Shown: positions 36,196 to 51,007, counted from the whole stretch's first letter. The stretch is DNA of 60,939 nt, filler included, from Sluysia triapertura (GCA_046118255.1; 5 parts of 5 records of this genome joined end to end with filler, not necessarily neighbours in it); one strand, 5' to 3'. Translations and numbers: made by a program. Notes: a model not told the origin generated them from the sequence alone.

Positions 36196-38335
36196 TTCTA
36201 ATATAAAATTGTTTAATACAAAAGTTATAATTGAATATTTTAGAACCAGAATAGTTGAATTAATAATATTAAATGGTTCTGTAGAGTTTGAAACACAAAA
36301 TGCTTTGATGAATGACGTTAAATGTTGAAGGTTTAATAAAATTTCATGAAATTGTAAAGAGAATATTTGATGATCACAAAAAGCAATTGATGATTTATGA
36401 AGTGATTTACAATGATTAAAATTAGTGATTTTATTATGTACTTTGTGAATTATAGAGTATTTATGTATGTAGTGTCCAACTCACTCACCAATCTCTAACA
36501 CAGGCAGTCAAAAATAGTCAATACACATTACACCAATATATCATAACTTAAATAAAATATAATATTGCTTAACTCGAATAATATATAATATACTGTAATT
36601 TAAACAGATCATAATATACTTAAATTACAATAATTTATTATATAACCATTACTTTTAATCCGCTGAGATCACCTCTTCCAACTGCATCAACATTGCGTAA
36701 ATTGTCACACCCTTTCTTTTTATTATTATTATTATTGTTCTTATTATCATTATTTGTAACATCATCATTATTATTATTAGTATTTTATTATTGTTATGCC
36801 GACTATTGTTTAAACAGATATATTAACATGACTAGTCTATTCTTCGGTTTTAGAACATTTTATAAACATATCTTTGAAATTCATTTATTCCCTGAAATTG
36901 GTGCACATCTTGTGGTTGATTTATTAATTTGTGTATTTTAATTCATAATTATCTGTAAACTGTCTCAGTCTCTTTTTATAAAAATATTTCCAAATTGAGT
37001 TGAAATGAAAATTTTTCTTACATATTACGAATTATTATGCATTTCTGTCTTATGTCATCTTTATTATTGTTAATTTTTTTTACCGGTGTAAGATGTTATG
37101 CTTTTATTATTGTGTATGAGTTTTTAACATTTTGGCTCGCTTATATATTTCAAGAACTTTGTGCTCCATAAATTTTATGAACAATATTTAGAAACATTTA
37201 ATTAGTTGAGAACGTGGATTTTATTTTTTCTAATATTCTAATTAAAACAATAAATGTTTGAAATTTCATATAATTCAATCAAAATTTTTAATGAAATAAA
37301 TACACAAAAGAAATATTCGAACACTTATATGCTAAAGAAAAGAAGGAAATAAAACAAACTTAATATACCTTGATCTATTATTAAAGTATGGCATAGATTT
37401 CTTAATATTTTAATACAATTTAAAACGCCAAAAATTTTAATTAGAATCCCAGTTATTAATTGTTAATTATCAGATATTGTTAATTTAAGAATTTGGAATG
37501 ATGTTTAATTAATAAGAAATTCATTACTTTAAAATAATATTGAAAAACCTTAAGGCCATTATATTGTGTATTAAGATTATCTTTAGAGCCGATTGAAAAA
37601 ATGAAAATTCATTAATTTCGATTAATAAATCTAAATAAAACTTAGTGAGCGTCACGAAAAACTTTATTCTAGGTTTAGAGGCTTTACAATATTTAAAATC
37701 CGAGGATGCTTCACAATATTTTTGGAGGATCCAACATTGAATTATAAGAATTGCAAACATTTATAAATACCACAAAACATGAATAACGTAACAATAATTG
37801 TTATAGAGTCCGTGAAACTAAATCTTCATGATGAGTAAATTGTTTTAAATACTTTTGTATTTCAAGTATTAACATCTTTCAAACGTATCAATATATTTTT
37901 GTTTAAGCGTACATTATTATTTTTATTAGTCAATTTCGTTTTAGACTAACGTCATAGATTCAATCAAGATTATTATTTTCATATATACCAATTTCTTTAG
38001 AGAAAATACTAATTATGTTATCGTCATTTGGACAAGAACACTTTCCATTCTTACTAAGGAAGTGAATCATTATTTATACTGTCAACAGATTTATATACAA
38101 TGAACTCGGAATTCGGGCTAATGATGGTGAGGGTCGGCATGGATAATCCGCAAAATAATAATAAAAAGTACAAGTATTCAATGCTTTATTAAAAAATCGG
38201 TAATTTTGGTCTGTTTAAGTGAATTTCTCAATGACTTCATATCATCTCGAATTTTTCTTAAAGATACGATTTTTACTTAGTTTGTCGTGCAAAATAGTTT
38301 ATTAGTTACACTGGGTTTGCTTGTAATATATGGCT

Positions 38336-38435
38336 NNNNNNNNNNNNNNNNNNNNNNNNNNNNNNNNNNNNNNNNNNNNTTAATTAATTAANNNNNNNNN
38401 NNNNNNNNNNNNNNNNNNNNNNNNNNNNNNNNNNN
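38336..38435. other. Artificial contig spacer
   Basis: N44-TTAATTAATTAA-N44. Confidence 0.99.

Positions 38436-38482
<47 letters not shown>
38436..38482. repeat. (ATT)n microsatellite at contig start
   Basis: Directly visible. Confidence 0.95.
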
Positions 38483-38483
<1 letters not shown>

Positions 38484-39444
38484 TTTATTTATATTAAACA
38501 AAATTATACAATGACTTAGAACGTATTAATATTTTAAAAATAATTATAATTCTCCTTTTCTTTTAAGGAAAATTCAGAATTTAACAATAATATTCCTTCA
38601 CAAACAATATGTAATGAATATCTTAAAATTATTATTACTCAATTTCAAAGTAATACTTTTTTATATCTTCTCTTAAACTTACTACCTAATAAGATCCCTT
38701 TTTTACATTAATTCATCTCTATAATGTCTATTCTGTTGAAAAAATATATTATAACTTTATATTAAATAACATCTCTCATAGTGAGCTTTTGGGACTATTA
38801 ACCTTTATACAATCTCAACTCCCATAAAAAAGTAAATAAGCTTGGTGCATAAAAATGAATTTCCAGTATTTGCAACTATTAATCAAAGAAGTTTTCAAAT
38901 GGCAAATTCTTTATAATGAAGAAAAAATAGAAAAGTAATAAATAATCATCAAATCTCATTCGTGATTTGTTGAGAATTTTACTGGACCCATCAATAAGGT
39001 TAAAAAATAGTATTTCATATTTGCATACATTAAGTAAGAAAAGATTGATCGAATAATTAGAACTAATTGAATTAAAACACCCACTATAGAGTCTTGATTT
39101 GGCTTTGAGTGATTCTTAGTTGTTTAAAGAGTAGAATTTGAAATTATTGAATTATATTGCTTATTGTATAGAAATATTTCAAACAGCTGAAAGACTATTA
39201 TTATCTAAAGTATAAAAGATCTTGTAATCGATCAGAAGTACGTAAAACGATAAATGATGCCTTTGCAAGATTTTATAAAATTATGCTAAATCTTGTGTTG
39301 GTATTTATTCTATTTCTGTGTCACTAGTTAATGAAAATACGACGTATTTTAGGTAGTTCTATTGTATTTACATAAAGATATTAATGTTACTGTCAAGTAA
39401 CATTAGTATTTTATTTCATTAAAACTTAAATAATAAAATTATAA

Positions 39445-40224
39445 TCTATATAAAAGTATTTTTGTTTGTCTGTAACACCCCTGTAAAAGTGACCATAAAC
39501 ACTAAACGAAACATATCATTGTAGAAATAAGTGTAGAAGTATAGATCTATTGTATAAATTATTGTTGAGAAAATTATATTGAAAGTTTTATTTTATTTTG
39601 AATTTATTATTTTTCTTGAAATCTTTTTAAAACAATATAGTTACAGAAATATTTGGTGATACAATTCAACATGCACGATGTACAATCAAAAGTTATTTTG
39701 AGCACTACAAATAATAAATAATAATATTATTCAAAAACTTCCTGGAGAAGTGACAATAGTAAACGTATGGATCATATAATTTGTGATATTTAAGAAGATA
39801 TGACGAAATAACCAATGTATTTTTTCAATACTTATTTAAGCACTGGTTTGTCTCCACCTTAAAGTTGGAGCTATTGTAATATCAAAATTTTCGTTTCATA
39901 GTTATGTAAATTTTATCAAGCATAATAAATTGTGAAATTATTACTGAAAGTTTTGCTATCAAAATTTCCTATTTGCTTATCTTTCACAATGACAATTAAC
40001 AAATCTCAAGGACAAACGTTTAACAAAATTGGAATTCAACTGGATTCTCCCGTTTATATACGCGGTAGTTATATGTGGCCTTGTCTCGGGCCAAATCAAT
40101 GCTTTCGTTAAAGATTCACTTGTCTAGAAATACTTCAAAGAGATATTTGAATAAAATTTTAATTTATTTAATTGCATGAAGTATTCATACACACACAGCT
40201 CGTATCAAATAGATAGGATGTTAG
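39445..40224 (+). mobile_element. Helitron remnant (PIF1-like helicase C-terminus)
   Basis: 39966-40100 reads FPICLSFTMTINKSQGQTFNKIGIQLDSPV..(frameshift)..LYVALSRAKS; upstream KVILSTTN, IIQKLPGE, LKVGAIV. 5' A|TCTATATAAAAG start. The 3' boundary is uncertain. Confidence 0.85.
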
Positions 40225-42028
40225 TTTTCGTGACAAAACCATTAAGAAAAGTTTAATTATAAAATTTAGTTTAGGCGATACATTTATTTCTAGAATTGTT
40301 TTTAGAATTATATCATTTCTAAATGGAATAAAAATAATAAGTTTTAATTTGTAAATTTTGCATTTAAGTTAAATGAAAATTTTATTTCATCTAATTTTCC
40401 ACTTACTCAAAAAATGAATTATAATTTGATCAACATCTATAGTTATGGCTGATGACAAAAACAACATGGGAATAATTACTGAGCTCAGTCTTTATTAATA
40501 ATAGTAATAGTGATAATACTGTTATTATTAGTTTATTTTTAACGGTTTTTGCTAACCTTTTTGATTTCCAATCTATAATAAAAAGCTTAGCACTTAAAGC
40601 ACCAGCTCCGTATCAATAGAGCACTGAGCCCACATAATACTGATACCTTACAAACCGCATAAGGAAAAAAGCAGTTCCTTGAAAATTTGACGACGTGAAT
40701 AATGAATCTATTTCCGTCCTTATCTTTAGAAAGTATTTATAATATATAAGATAATTCGAAGGCTTATAATTGAATTTAAGTTTTATTTAATCTCTGTTTT
40801 TGAATGTATCTCACCTGTCCTTTCTACTATTTATTGTAATATTCTATTATTTTATAAAACAATGGATATAGACTGTGACAAAAGGTGTACGCAGACAATT
40901 TATCATGAAATTAATCTAATGATGATGAAGATTCTAGTGAAAAAAGTACTGAAGATGATTCTTAAAGTTTGCACTTGACAGAATAATAATAAATAGCTTA
41001 ATTAGTTGCGAATCAGAAACTAATGATAAAGAAAGTAATAATGGTGGGTCACAGGTAGGTAAAACACCAATTCTTGAAATATTTATGGAACTTTGAAGAT
41101 AAATGATCAAACAAATGATCCACAAAATATATTAAAGGTTTTAAAGTTACTTATAGGTGATAATTTATTTAATTTATTTAAACAAATCGGTATAATCAAC
41201 AAAATATCGAAAAATTTATAGACTTAAAAAAGTCTTTAAAGATTTTATCTATTTATTATCTATTTATCTATTTATTATGTAGAAAAATGCATGCTTCTTC
41301 AAATTCCGTCAAGTATACATAAAGTTTCCCAAAAAAATAACAGGCATTTTAAGTGTTAACTGAATTATGATAATTTGTTTTTATATTGTGTAATTCCTTT
41401 ATTAACTCTTGGCTATATCACTGTGTACAGTATTATATGATATTTTAGATTTCTTTGTATTACGTTTACTCCGTTATGGAAGTCCTAAACTCTGATTATG
41501 GATAAATGATTTACTTGTTTCGTCGCTTCATTACTTTCATTTGAATTTCTATATTTTTCGAAGTCAGTCATTATCGTTATTTTTATGCTATTGGTAAACC
41601 ATCAACTTTTCGCGATTTTTCCGCATCAAAGTATCCGCGCTTTGATAATTCAGGCAGTGATGCAAAAAAAATAGTTGAGTGAAGTAGAGAGTAGTGATTC
41701 TGACAATGACGAAGTAATAGTGATCAGAAGTTTGAATCTAAACAATTTTACAATTTTTTCGTGTTCGGTAAGTGCAACATTGCAAAATATACCAGTACCA
41801 AAATGGTTAAAAATAAAATAAAAATAAATTATAAAGTAATTTAAAAAAGAAATAAAATTATTTTTAAAATTCCGTCCCTGGATGAATTAAAACGAAAAAT
41901 TTGTTTTATAAAATAAATTAAAATATTTCACCTTTTTTATTTTATAATTTATTTAATATTAAATTTTTTGCATTAATTTAAATTTCATCATCACTAAGAA
42001 TGCAAAAGATTAAAAATAATTATATTTG

Positions 42029-42062
<34 letters not shown>

Positions 42063-42077
42063 TGATGATGATGATGA
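42029..42077. repeat. (AAT)n(GAT)n microsatellite
   Basis: Directly visible. Confidence 0.93.
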
Positions 42078-43099
42078 ACAATTAGTAATAGTAATAAATT
42101 ATAAATTATATGCATCACAAATTCTTGTTTGCAGTTTGAAATAAATTTTAAAGTATCACTTAATAAATATAAAATTAAATTAAATTCTTTCTCGAATCAA
42201 GAAAATATATTTCAAGTTTTAAACGTTTAAAAAATTAAAAATCAATATTGCAATATTTATTTTTATTATGATAGTCCATTTTACCTATTATTTCAAAATA
42301 TTATTAATGCTTATAAATAGTAAATTTAAATTAAAAGTTATTTGTCTGATAATATGATAAAAGCATTTAGATTTATTATTAACAGAATATATTTGCACAA
42401 AAAATATAAAAATAAGCATTGTTTTTCCTATTTCAGGAATATTAGGAAGAATAACGCATTAAATCTAATTAAAATTTTTAATATAGAATTTAAATGTTTC
42501 AAATTATAGAGATTGTTCTGAACTCGTCTTTGTTAATAAATATGAATGTACGAAGTTTTATCACTTATGAATGACTAAAATTTCAACTTATTATGCTCCA
42601 AATAATATTAAGATACACGGAAATATATATATGTAGAAAGCATATTTTATTTATTAAAATAATTTTTTAATATTTATTTAAATATTGATTTTGTTAATCT
42701 TAAGCAGTTTTTTAGATAATATTCCTATTTGAGTTTCCTTTGTGATTATTGCTTAAAAGTGCTCATTTTTCTTGATAAAATTAATCAATTTATTAAAAGA
42801 TCAAAAACAAACCAATTTTGATTTGCCAATACTTGTACAAAAATTTGTATTTTTTGTTGCTTGTTGTAAAACATGTGTGTTGTTACAGAGAAAATACCAA
42901 CTTATGTAGTATTTTTCACTAACATTATATTATGTCAATAATTTCTTACCTAAATTTAATCCCGTTATTTATAAAATATAATTTTGATAAAATATAAAAT
43001 AAAATATAAAATAAAATATAATATAATGTATTTACTTTCTCTTTACTATTTTATTTTTTATTTACTATTTTATATTAGTATTTTATTTTTTTCTTTTTT

Positions 43100-43511
43100 C
43101 TTTTTCTAAGATGCTTCTCTTTAATTCGTAGCTTTTCTTCTTGCTAATTAAGTGTAATTAGTTCTGCATTAAAATCCGTTTTGTTCTATATAATAATTCT
43201 AGCCTTATAATCTATTTGAAATCCGCATTTCAATTTCAGTAACGTTAACTAATTTTTATATTCCAACAATGTTTACAAACAATCCGTTTATTTCTATTTT
43301 CGTTTTTATTTTCTAAGTTTAAATGCATTATTAAGATAGTTCTTTCTAATTTTTGGATTTTAAGTATTCTCAATGAAATTACAAAGAATACTGGATCTCT
43401 CCATAAAGTTTTAATTAAATTTTTACAATTTCTTTTACTTAAAATTACATTTAAATTTTCATTTAATTTATATTCTGATTTTAATTTTATTTTTTTATCT
43501 TTAATAAGCAT
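43100..43511 (-). mobile_element. Possible non-LTR retrotransposon C-terminal zinc-knuckle remnant
   Basis: ...IMHLNLE...RIVCKHC..(frameshift)..LLKC followed by an A-rich tail; resemblance only. Confidence 0.3.
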
Positions 43512-44687
43512 TAATATATTATTTCTTTCAAAAAAATACCATTAAAATTAAATTTTTTACTTAAAAATAATAAAAAATTGAAATATTTGAAATTTAATTA
43601 AATTTTTATTTACGTAATATAATTAATAAAAGTTAAATAGATAATTATTTGGTAATTATTATAAATAGATAAAATATAAATAAAATAAAATATAAACATA
43701 TAAAATAAAATAGATAAAATAGAAAATTTTTTTAAATAATCTTCAAATAATCAAAAAATTAAAGGGTAAAAAATGTAAGTTGTTAAATATAAAAATTTGA
43801 TTGATTTCCATAATTACAGTTTAACATAGATTCATACTGCAACTTTTTTACATAAATTTTTAAAAATTAATAAATATTATATACAAAATATAAAATACAA
43901 ATATAAAAAGAAATAAAATGATAAACTAAAATTTATAAATAAAAATATCAAATTTTTTATTTGTAAAATTCGTTAATCTATTCAATTAGTTAAAATACTA
44001 TTTATTTATTTATTTAATACAATATTATTAATAATATTAATAATTATAATTATTATTTTTTAATAATTATGTTTCAGATTATTATACATATGCTACAAAT
44101 AATGATTATTAAATATCTAAATTTAAATTTGTGTTTTTAAATTATTTAAAAAATTTTATTATTAAAAACGATTATTTATTTTATTTACTTTAAAATGTAT
44201 GAAATAAATTTGTTTAAATTCATTAAAAAATAATTAAAAAATAATTCATGATTTCAAATTAATTATTTTTTATCAAAGAAAAGTCTATTTCAAAAATAAA
44301 AAGTTGTTACTATTTTAATTAAAATTTATTTTCATTTTCTTTTAACTTGTTAAACCATTAAACTGCCACAATATTTTTAAAACATTTTACACTTAATTTA
44401 TTACCAATAATTATCACCAACAACGTAGATAATTTAACTAATTATTTCTTTTGTATTTATAATATAAACACGAAGTTGTCAATGTATTACATATATTTAT
44501 TGTGCTACTACATTGTAAATATATATAGCTAAATTGTACAGCATACACGAAATAAATTTATAATCGGATATTAGTAATTTGGAAATATTTAATAAAGGTA
44601 TTAATAAAAGAAGGAACGAGTTAAAAATAACCCAGAATATATGATTGGAAAACTAATATAAATACTGCAAATAAGTGATATTAAAAG

Positions 44688-45028
44688 TAAGGCTGTTCTC
44701 GGTGCATCGGTTTTTGATTCAGGTGTACCTGATTTTATCTTATGAATATGATCTAAACAGTATAATGATCATAAAAATCATGAATTTTCTTGATTGTTTT
44801 TTATAAATAACATTCTAAAATATTTACAACAAATTTCTAATTGGTAATCAATGTTTTATAATACAAAACATTTCTCATTTTGGAATAATAGTTGTTCGTA
44901 GGTGTTTCATTATATACTATATAATATACATATATTTATATTATTTGTATTATATTTTATTGTATTGAAAAGGGATCACAATTAATAGGTACACCGGTGC
45001 AGGAAAATCCTTCAAAGTCACAGCCCTA
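44688..45028. mobile_element. hAT-like MITE
   Basis: TAAGGCTGT ... ACAGCCCTA termini, inverted subterminal GGTGTACCT motifs, flanks ATTAAAAG / ATTAAAGC resembling an 8-bp TSD. Confidence 0.6.
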
Positions 45029-45493
45029 ATTAAAGCACAAAACATAAATTATTTATAAAAGTAAGATTAAAACAAAATTTATATAATAAATAACAAAAAG
45101 AAAATATAGCACATCTAATTTTTTAATTTCATACTGTTAGTACTTTAAGATTTATTATAGGAATAAATTATTCGAAGAATTCGAAATATTTAACTTAAAT
45201 ATTTTACATTTTAGGTAATAATTATGCTAAATTTGATATATTTAATTTTAAAAATGAGTAATGATTGAAACAAAATTTATTTAAATAATTACTCCACATT
45301 TTACTGTCGATTAAAACGTAATGATTTCTTTGAATGATGTAGAAACATATTTCCATAAGTATATTTCAAAATTATATAATATTTCATTATTCAATTTAAA
45401 TTATTTGAAATATTTAAGTAACATTTATACAAAAATATTTTTCAATTTAATTTTTAATATTTATTATCTACTTATATATGATGAAAACTATTG

Positions 45494-45572
45494 TTATTAT
45501 CATTATATTTATTATTATCATTATTATCATTATTATCATTATTATTATCATTATTATTATTATTATCTTTAT
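45494..45572. repeat. (TAT/CAT)n low-complexity repeat
   Basis: Directly visible. Confidence 0.9.
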
Positions 45573-48489
45573 TATATTGACATTTTTGTTATGATATGCT
45601 AATATTGTATAAAATAAAATATAAAATAAAAGCAGAAATTCATATTAAATATTTTTATGCACGAAATGTCTTATTGATTGATTATTGATGGTCTTATTCG
45701 AAAGATTTTCTTAAATACTTAGATATTTGAATATCTCTACTCACTTGATTTTAATTGTATTTATTGAGGATACATGTTTAGCAAAGATGCACAGAAAATG
45801 GTCTATTGGCCAAGCGAAACAATACTATCAAAGAATATTAGACAATCTGGAATTATTGACCTTGGAAGTAAACGACATATTAAAATTGATTTGGAATTCA
45901 TAGAACAAAGATAATTCAAATATATGCTGTTTATAAAATTAATAAAAAGACTATCTCTATTAAGATTGATAATAATAAGTTTACACTTAAACTTATTTAC
46001 ATATTGTGTTAGTCATTGGGGATCGTATGAACAATTACTCTCAATAATTTCATCAGGGTAAAAACATCAGCTTTATTTTAAATTTGAATCTCATAATATA
46101 ATAATGATTACATCAACATATGAATGTTATTACATGTAATAAATTTAGTAATAGTTAGATTGAGAAAAGTGGCTAAAGTTTATTTCAATTCCAAAACATT
46201 AAATGGTTAACTATTTTGGATTGTGACATATTATATCTATGATAATAAACAAAGTTTTTTATGAACAAAGAGAAGGCTCACCCTTTTTAAAACAACACAA
46301 AAATAAGAATACTGATCGTTAATATTTCAAATTTAAAAAAAATAAAAGTCTGTATTGTGAGAGTCATAATATTTACTAAAAAGTTCTAAGTTTGAGATCA
46401 GTGATCGTCATTTTGTTCCAATATAGGTTTTGGCATTTGTACAGAGGAATTGATACTTGACACACTTTTACTTTTATCGCAAAAATCATCGACTTCGAAG
46501 TGATTACTTTGTTGAATTAACTAAATCTTAAAACTCAATTGAAAGTCTTTATGTTCTTAAATCGGTTAACAATGACTTAAGTTGAAAATAAAAATCAATT
46601 GCATTCATCGAAAGTATTTTTATGTCGTACTTTGTTAGTTTATCTATAGATAAATAATAAATTTTGAATTAGACATTGGTTACATCTTTAGAATTAATAA
46701 GGTGAGAGTAAATAGAGATTGTACATTGAACTCCTTAACAGAAATCAGAAACTGAATCTTTGTGGTTAGTAATTACGAACTCTTCGATAGATCTTTTAAC
46801 TGAAAAAATCATTTGTATAATTAAAATCAGATTTACGTAAATTTGACTGTGCGTTTCATTCCAGTTAACTAAGTTTAACGAATCGTTAGAACTCATTGTT
46901 TTGTAAAGTCATGACTAAAGTCAGTTTCAGATATTTTTGAGGAATTAAATTTTGAGATGTCACATATTACCATCAGAAAAACAGTTAATTCGATTTTAAA
47001 CTATTACAGATGTCGTAATTATTGTTGAAATTTGCTTTGGGAGTTGTTACAAAATATAATAATCTTTTATTACTTCTGCTTATGCCATTAATGCTGCTCC
47101 AAATTTTTATATTGTACCTTATTTTTCATTTCCAAACTTTTTGAGTATTTTTTGCCAAATGATTATTCTAATATTTTAAAATTATTAAAATTACAAGAAA
47201 ATATTGACACTATTTCTACCACGATTTTGTGTATTTTTATACCATCTATGTATATTAAAATCTAGGATGAGCTGAAGGAAAAATAACCGCTAAATAAATT
47301 ATACGAAAAGTCAAAACATGAATTGAGAAAAAAGGGTTAAACTTAGAAAATAATTTCAAATTAAAATGTTAAAAGCTGTCTTTTGACACCTTTGGTAGAA
47401 ATAAATTTGCTTCAATGAAATACGAAATGGCAGCTAATTCAGCCAATACACATTTCATTACATTGTGAATATTAATTGTGTGAGTTGTCTTATGATGGCA
47501 ATGATGGTGACGCAGTATTTGTGATAAAATGAGGGCTAAATGTTTTGTTATTCGTTACGATAATAATAGAAATTATTATATTAATGATATTATTATATTA
47601 TATTTGTGGATAAAGCAAGTTTTTGAGTTAGAAATTATGTTATTAGAAATTTGAAGTTATAAATTTATGATAGTTTAAGGTATATAATGATATTGAACAG
47701 CATCAACTAAATATGAAATATGAAATGATGATCTCTTGTATCTTACTGTTTAATACTAACGATATAATCGTATGTATTGAAACACAAAATTTACATATAA
47801 CTTCTGAGAACGTGTATTTACTAAATGAATTTGAAATGAATTAAATTGTTAATTTAAATGATTAAAACTGGAGTTCTTATTATGTATATTTTTTGAATTA
47901 TGTGGTGATTGTTTGGTGTGGATATAATAAAATTATTCGTTATAAATTGAACCACCACAATGTGAATTTGCATTATTCTGTTGCAATATAAATTTATATC
48001 CAACACTGTTTAAAATTTGGTCGTCACTTCTGGTGCTCTATTCTTGAATCGCTGTCAAACTTACATTTAATCTATTTTCTTGTTCATTAAATAGTATCAT
48101 CGAGCGAAATCTGCATTGAAAATAAATTCAAATCTTAATTGCCATTTGACAGTCACTTATATTTTGTAGTTTATTAAGTACTTCTATACTGTACTACAGG
48201 TACATTTTCTTGCTGCTCTACGCTGTTTACATTATTTTATATCAGAATCACCGATTTTAATAGAAACTTCATAAATCACACTTCTCTCATTTTGAATAAT
48301 ATGAGTTCTATCGTTTATCTTAGAAATTGTACTTCTTTGTAATTTTTTAAACTCATTATGAACTTGAAATACAACATAAAAATTGATTTATGAAAGAATT
48401 AATATTATCAATAAAAGATCTACTTATAAATTTTCAAAATAAATATTCCATTTTTAATTTACAATATATAATATAATATTTGATGCACA

Positions 48490-48492
<3 letters not shown>

Positions 48493-48550
<58 letters not shown>

Positions 48551-48582
48551 TTAATAATAATATTAATATTAATAATAGTAAT
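48493..48582. repeat. (AAT)n microsatellite
   Basis: Directly visible. Confidence 0.95.
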
Positions 48583-49221
48583 AAAGCTCAATCATAATTT
48601 CAGTCCGCACAGTTCTATAAAACAAAATATGAATTTCCATTTTTGAGGTTGCTAAAAAATGAAATGTTGCAAGAGCGTCATTAGTTTGCAATATAAAGAA
48701 AGGTGATAGGAAATGCATGATAATTAAGAGTACATAAATATCATGATAAATTATACTTATTGATTAGTTACATTTGTATATGTGATAGTTAAATGAGATG
48801 TTTAAATAAAAATAAAAAAGATGGAAGGCGAAAATACCTTTAAAGTAAATTGATCATTTGAGCTCAGTAACTTCGCATATGATGTGCGCATTAAAAAATA
48901 ATACTAATAATAAAATTTATCAGTATTATGAACACCGAAATAATATGATGTAGACAACGTAAAATGGTTAGTTTTAATTAATTTTCTTCTTGATAAAGGT
49001 ACATTCTTATTTGTTATAATGATCGTACATAGTAAAAGAATATATCTAATTAATATATCAAACATATCACTTTATAAATGTTACTGAAATTGACCAGTAA
49101 CGTTTTGTGACAAAAGTTATTAAGGAAATAATTTTCATATTTAATTCAAATTGATATATTGTAGCAATAAGTATTGTAATAATTATGTTAAATTTTGATT
49201 TTAATATTTCGAATTAGGAGA

Positions 49222-49321
49222 NNNNNNNNNNNNNNNNNNNNNNNNNNNNNNNNNNNNNNNNNNNNTTAATTAATTAANNNNNNNNNNNNNNNNNNNNNNN
49301 NNNNNNNNNNNNNNNNNNNNN
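49222..49321. other. Artificial contig spacer
   Basis: N44-TTAATTAATTAA-N44. Confidence 0.99.
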
Positions 49322-49395
49322 GTTAAATTTAAAAAAAAAAATTAAGTCAGTTTTTGACCATTCACAGAAAAAAAATAAAACCGGTAAGGGGTTAA
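49322..49395. mobile_element. Possible piggyBac-like end cut by the gap
   Basis: CCGGTAAGGGG-TTAA (reverse TTAA-CCCCTTACCGG) near the contig start. Confidence 0.3.
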
Positions 49396-49568
49396 AAATA
49401 ATCTTACGTATTGAAAAACAAATTAATTCTATCAAATATACAAATAATGTTAAAGCATAACGTTTATTAGTGTGGCACAGGTGGTATGAAAAATTTGTGG
49501 TTAAAATAACAATACTCAACTATAACAGCAAAGCAGACGGAAAAAAGTTTATAATACAATATAATAAC

Positions 49569-50209
49569 CTTGTATATGTACGATTTGTTAAATCATCCGT
49601 ATTCACAGAATTAATGTTCTTCTTGGATCGATAATTAAGCAAATTAGCCAGTTTCCAGTGTAATTCATTATTCGATACAGCTTCACACATTGATATGGCA
49701 ACATGAAGAATGTTACGCTGCCCATCTAATTGTTCGTGGATTATTTTATCAACAAAGGCTTCGTCAGAATCAATAGAATATCCACCAGCACTCACTAACT
49801 GAGATAAATTATCCAGTGTATTAGCGACACGTTTTTCTTCACCGCGCAATATCTGTGTCATCAAAGTTTGTGATTCGACAACAACGAAACCTATCAAGAA
49901 ATGATTAAACATTTTATTTGCTGTTTTTGATTTAGAAGCATCAGAACTATTTATTGTGGTTGGCATAACCGATGTTGATGTTAAGGAATTGGTATTGGTT
50001 GATTTTGGTTGTATGATTAAATTAAATTCAACGCAACGTATTGGGGCTAAATCAACCCACACGGGATTGGTGATTGGTTCATTATTTGAATGCTGATGAT
50101 TATCGTTAAATACCATTGGATAAACGGTACCATTACCATCACGAATAAATAACGGTTTATGACGTTCAACATTAAATACATTTCCTTGTTTAATGTTATA
50201 AAAGTTACT
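49569..50209 (-). CDS. UBR5: UBR5 exon (6th seen)
   Basis: TTTCAG acceptor (50212-50210); LFIRDGNGTVYPM, P.WVDLAPI, QTLMTQILR, DGQRNILH motifs. Donor GTTATT at 49568 is tentative. Confidence 0.88.
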
Positions 50210-50215
50210 CTGAAA

Positions 50216-50229
50216 CAATAATAATAATG

Positions 50230-50265
<36 letters not shown>

Positions 50266-50284
50266 GTAATAATAATAATAATAA
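50216..50284. repeat. (AAT)n microsatellite abutting a UBR5 acceptor
   Basis: Directly visible. Confidence 0.93.
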
Positions 50285-50426
50285 TTTTATTGATATTTTT
50301 TGAGACTCGTATTATTATTTCAAAATCATTAATTTGTAATTTCGAATATATTTCATTAACCTTTAGTATATGAATGTTAGATATAAATTAATGGTCAAAA
50401 TAGGCAAATGTTATGAATCACTGTAG

Positions 50427-50714
50427 CAGGCCTGGCAAAGCTCCTTGATAATCTGAGTCATTTTTCAAAATTTGAAATTGTTCGCGAGCCGCAATTAAAT
50501 ACGTATTAAAAAGTATGCAAAAAAGGTATTAAAAATTTTTTTTGAGTCATATCATTCTTAACTTGGACGGAAATGAAATTTGTTACAACGTTGCACTTAA
50601 TTTTTCATATTTGTTGTTAGTAATTTAGAAGAATAATTTTTTAAAATGTAGTAACACAAAAATGAAAAGGGAACTCGGGTACATTTATCGAGAGCCGTAG
50701 TTTGGCCACCCCTG
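50427..50714. mobile_element. hAT (Buster/Charlie-like) MITE in UBR5 intron
   Basis: CAGGCCTGGCAAAGCT ... AGTTTGGCCACCCCTG; 8-bp TSD CACTGTAG / CACTATAG; internal GAGCCG motifs. Confidence 0.85.
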
Positions 50715-51007
50715 CACTATAGTAATATTTTTTTGAATAAAAAATATGTAACGTCGAGTTTAAAAAATATGTTTAGTATAAATTCTTATACTGAAGGTTA
50801 ATGTCTTATTATATGTATAGATCTATCGATTGTTTGAATAGCCCTATTGATAAAATTTGATCATTTATGCATTTCAAAGAAACGATTACATCTACAAAAT
50901 AACTTCTAATGAAAACTCTATTAATATGATTAATGACATTCGATCGAGTAAACTTGACTAATCAATTTAATCTATTTTAATTCTCATTAATAATTACATG
51001 AACTTAC

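Noticed and set aside
38089-38126. Possible micro-exon between CAG and GTGAGG
   Set aside because: No recognisable protein and no partner exons.
41402-41810. Possible piggyBac remnant (TTAA ends, acidic peptide)
   Set aside because: The terminal repeats match too poorly to support a call.
44985-45012. YTGAGKS Walker-A-like peptide
   Set aside because: Lacks the first G, has no ORF, and lies in the subterminal region of a hAT MITE.
47950-48380. YEV...CTC resembling a MULE SWIM finger (minus strand)
   Set aside because: The remaining C/H ligands are not visible; too weak.
14523-49321. Four regularly spaced TTAATTAATTAA palindromes
   Set aside because: Each is centred in exactly 88 Ns; this is an assembly linker, not biology. 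Gene neighbourhoods across the joins are meaningless.
49274-49519. ORF ending in X residues
   Set aside because: Runs into the N spacer; artefact.
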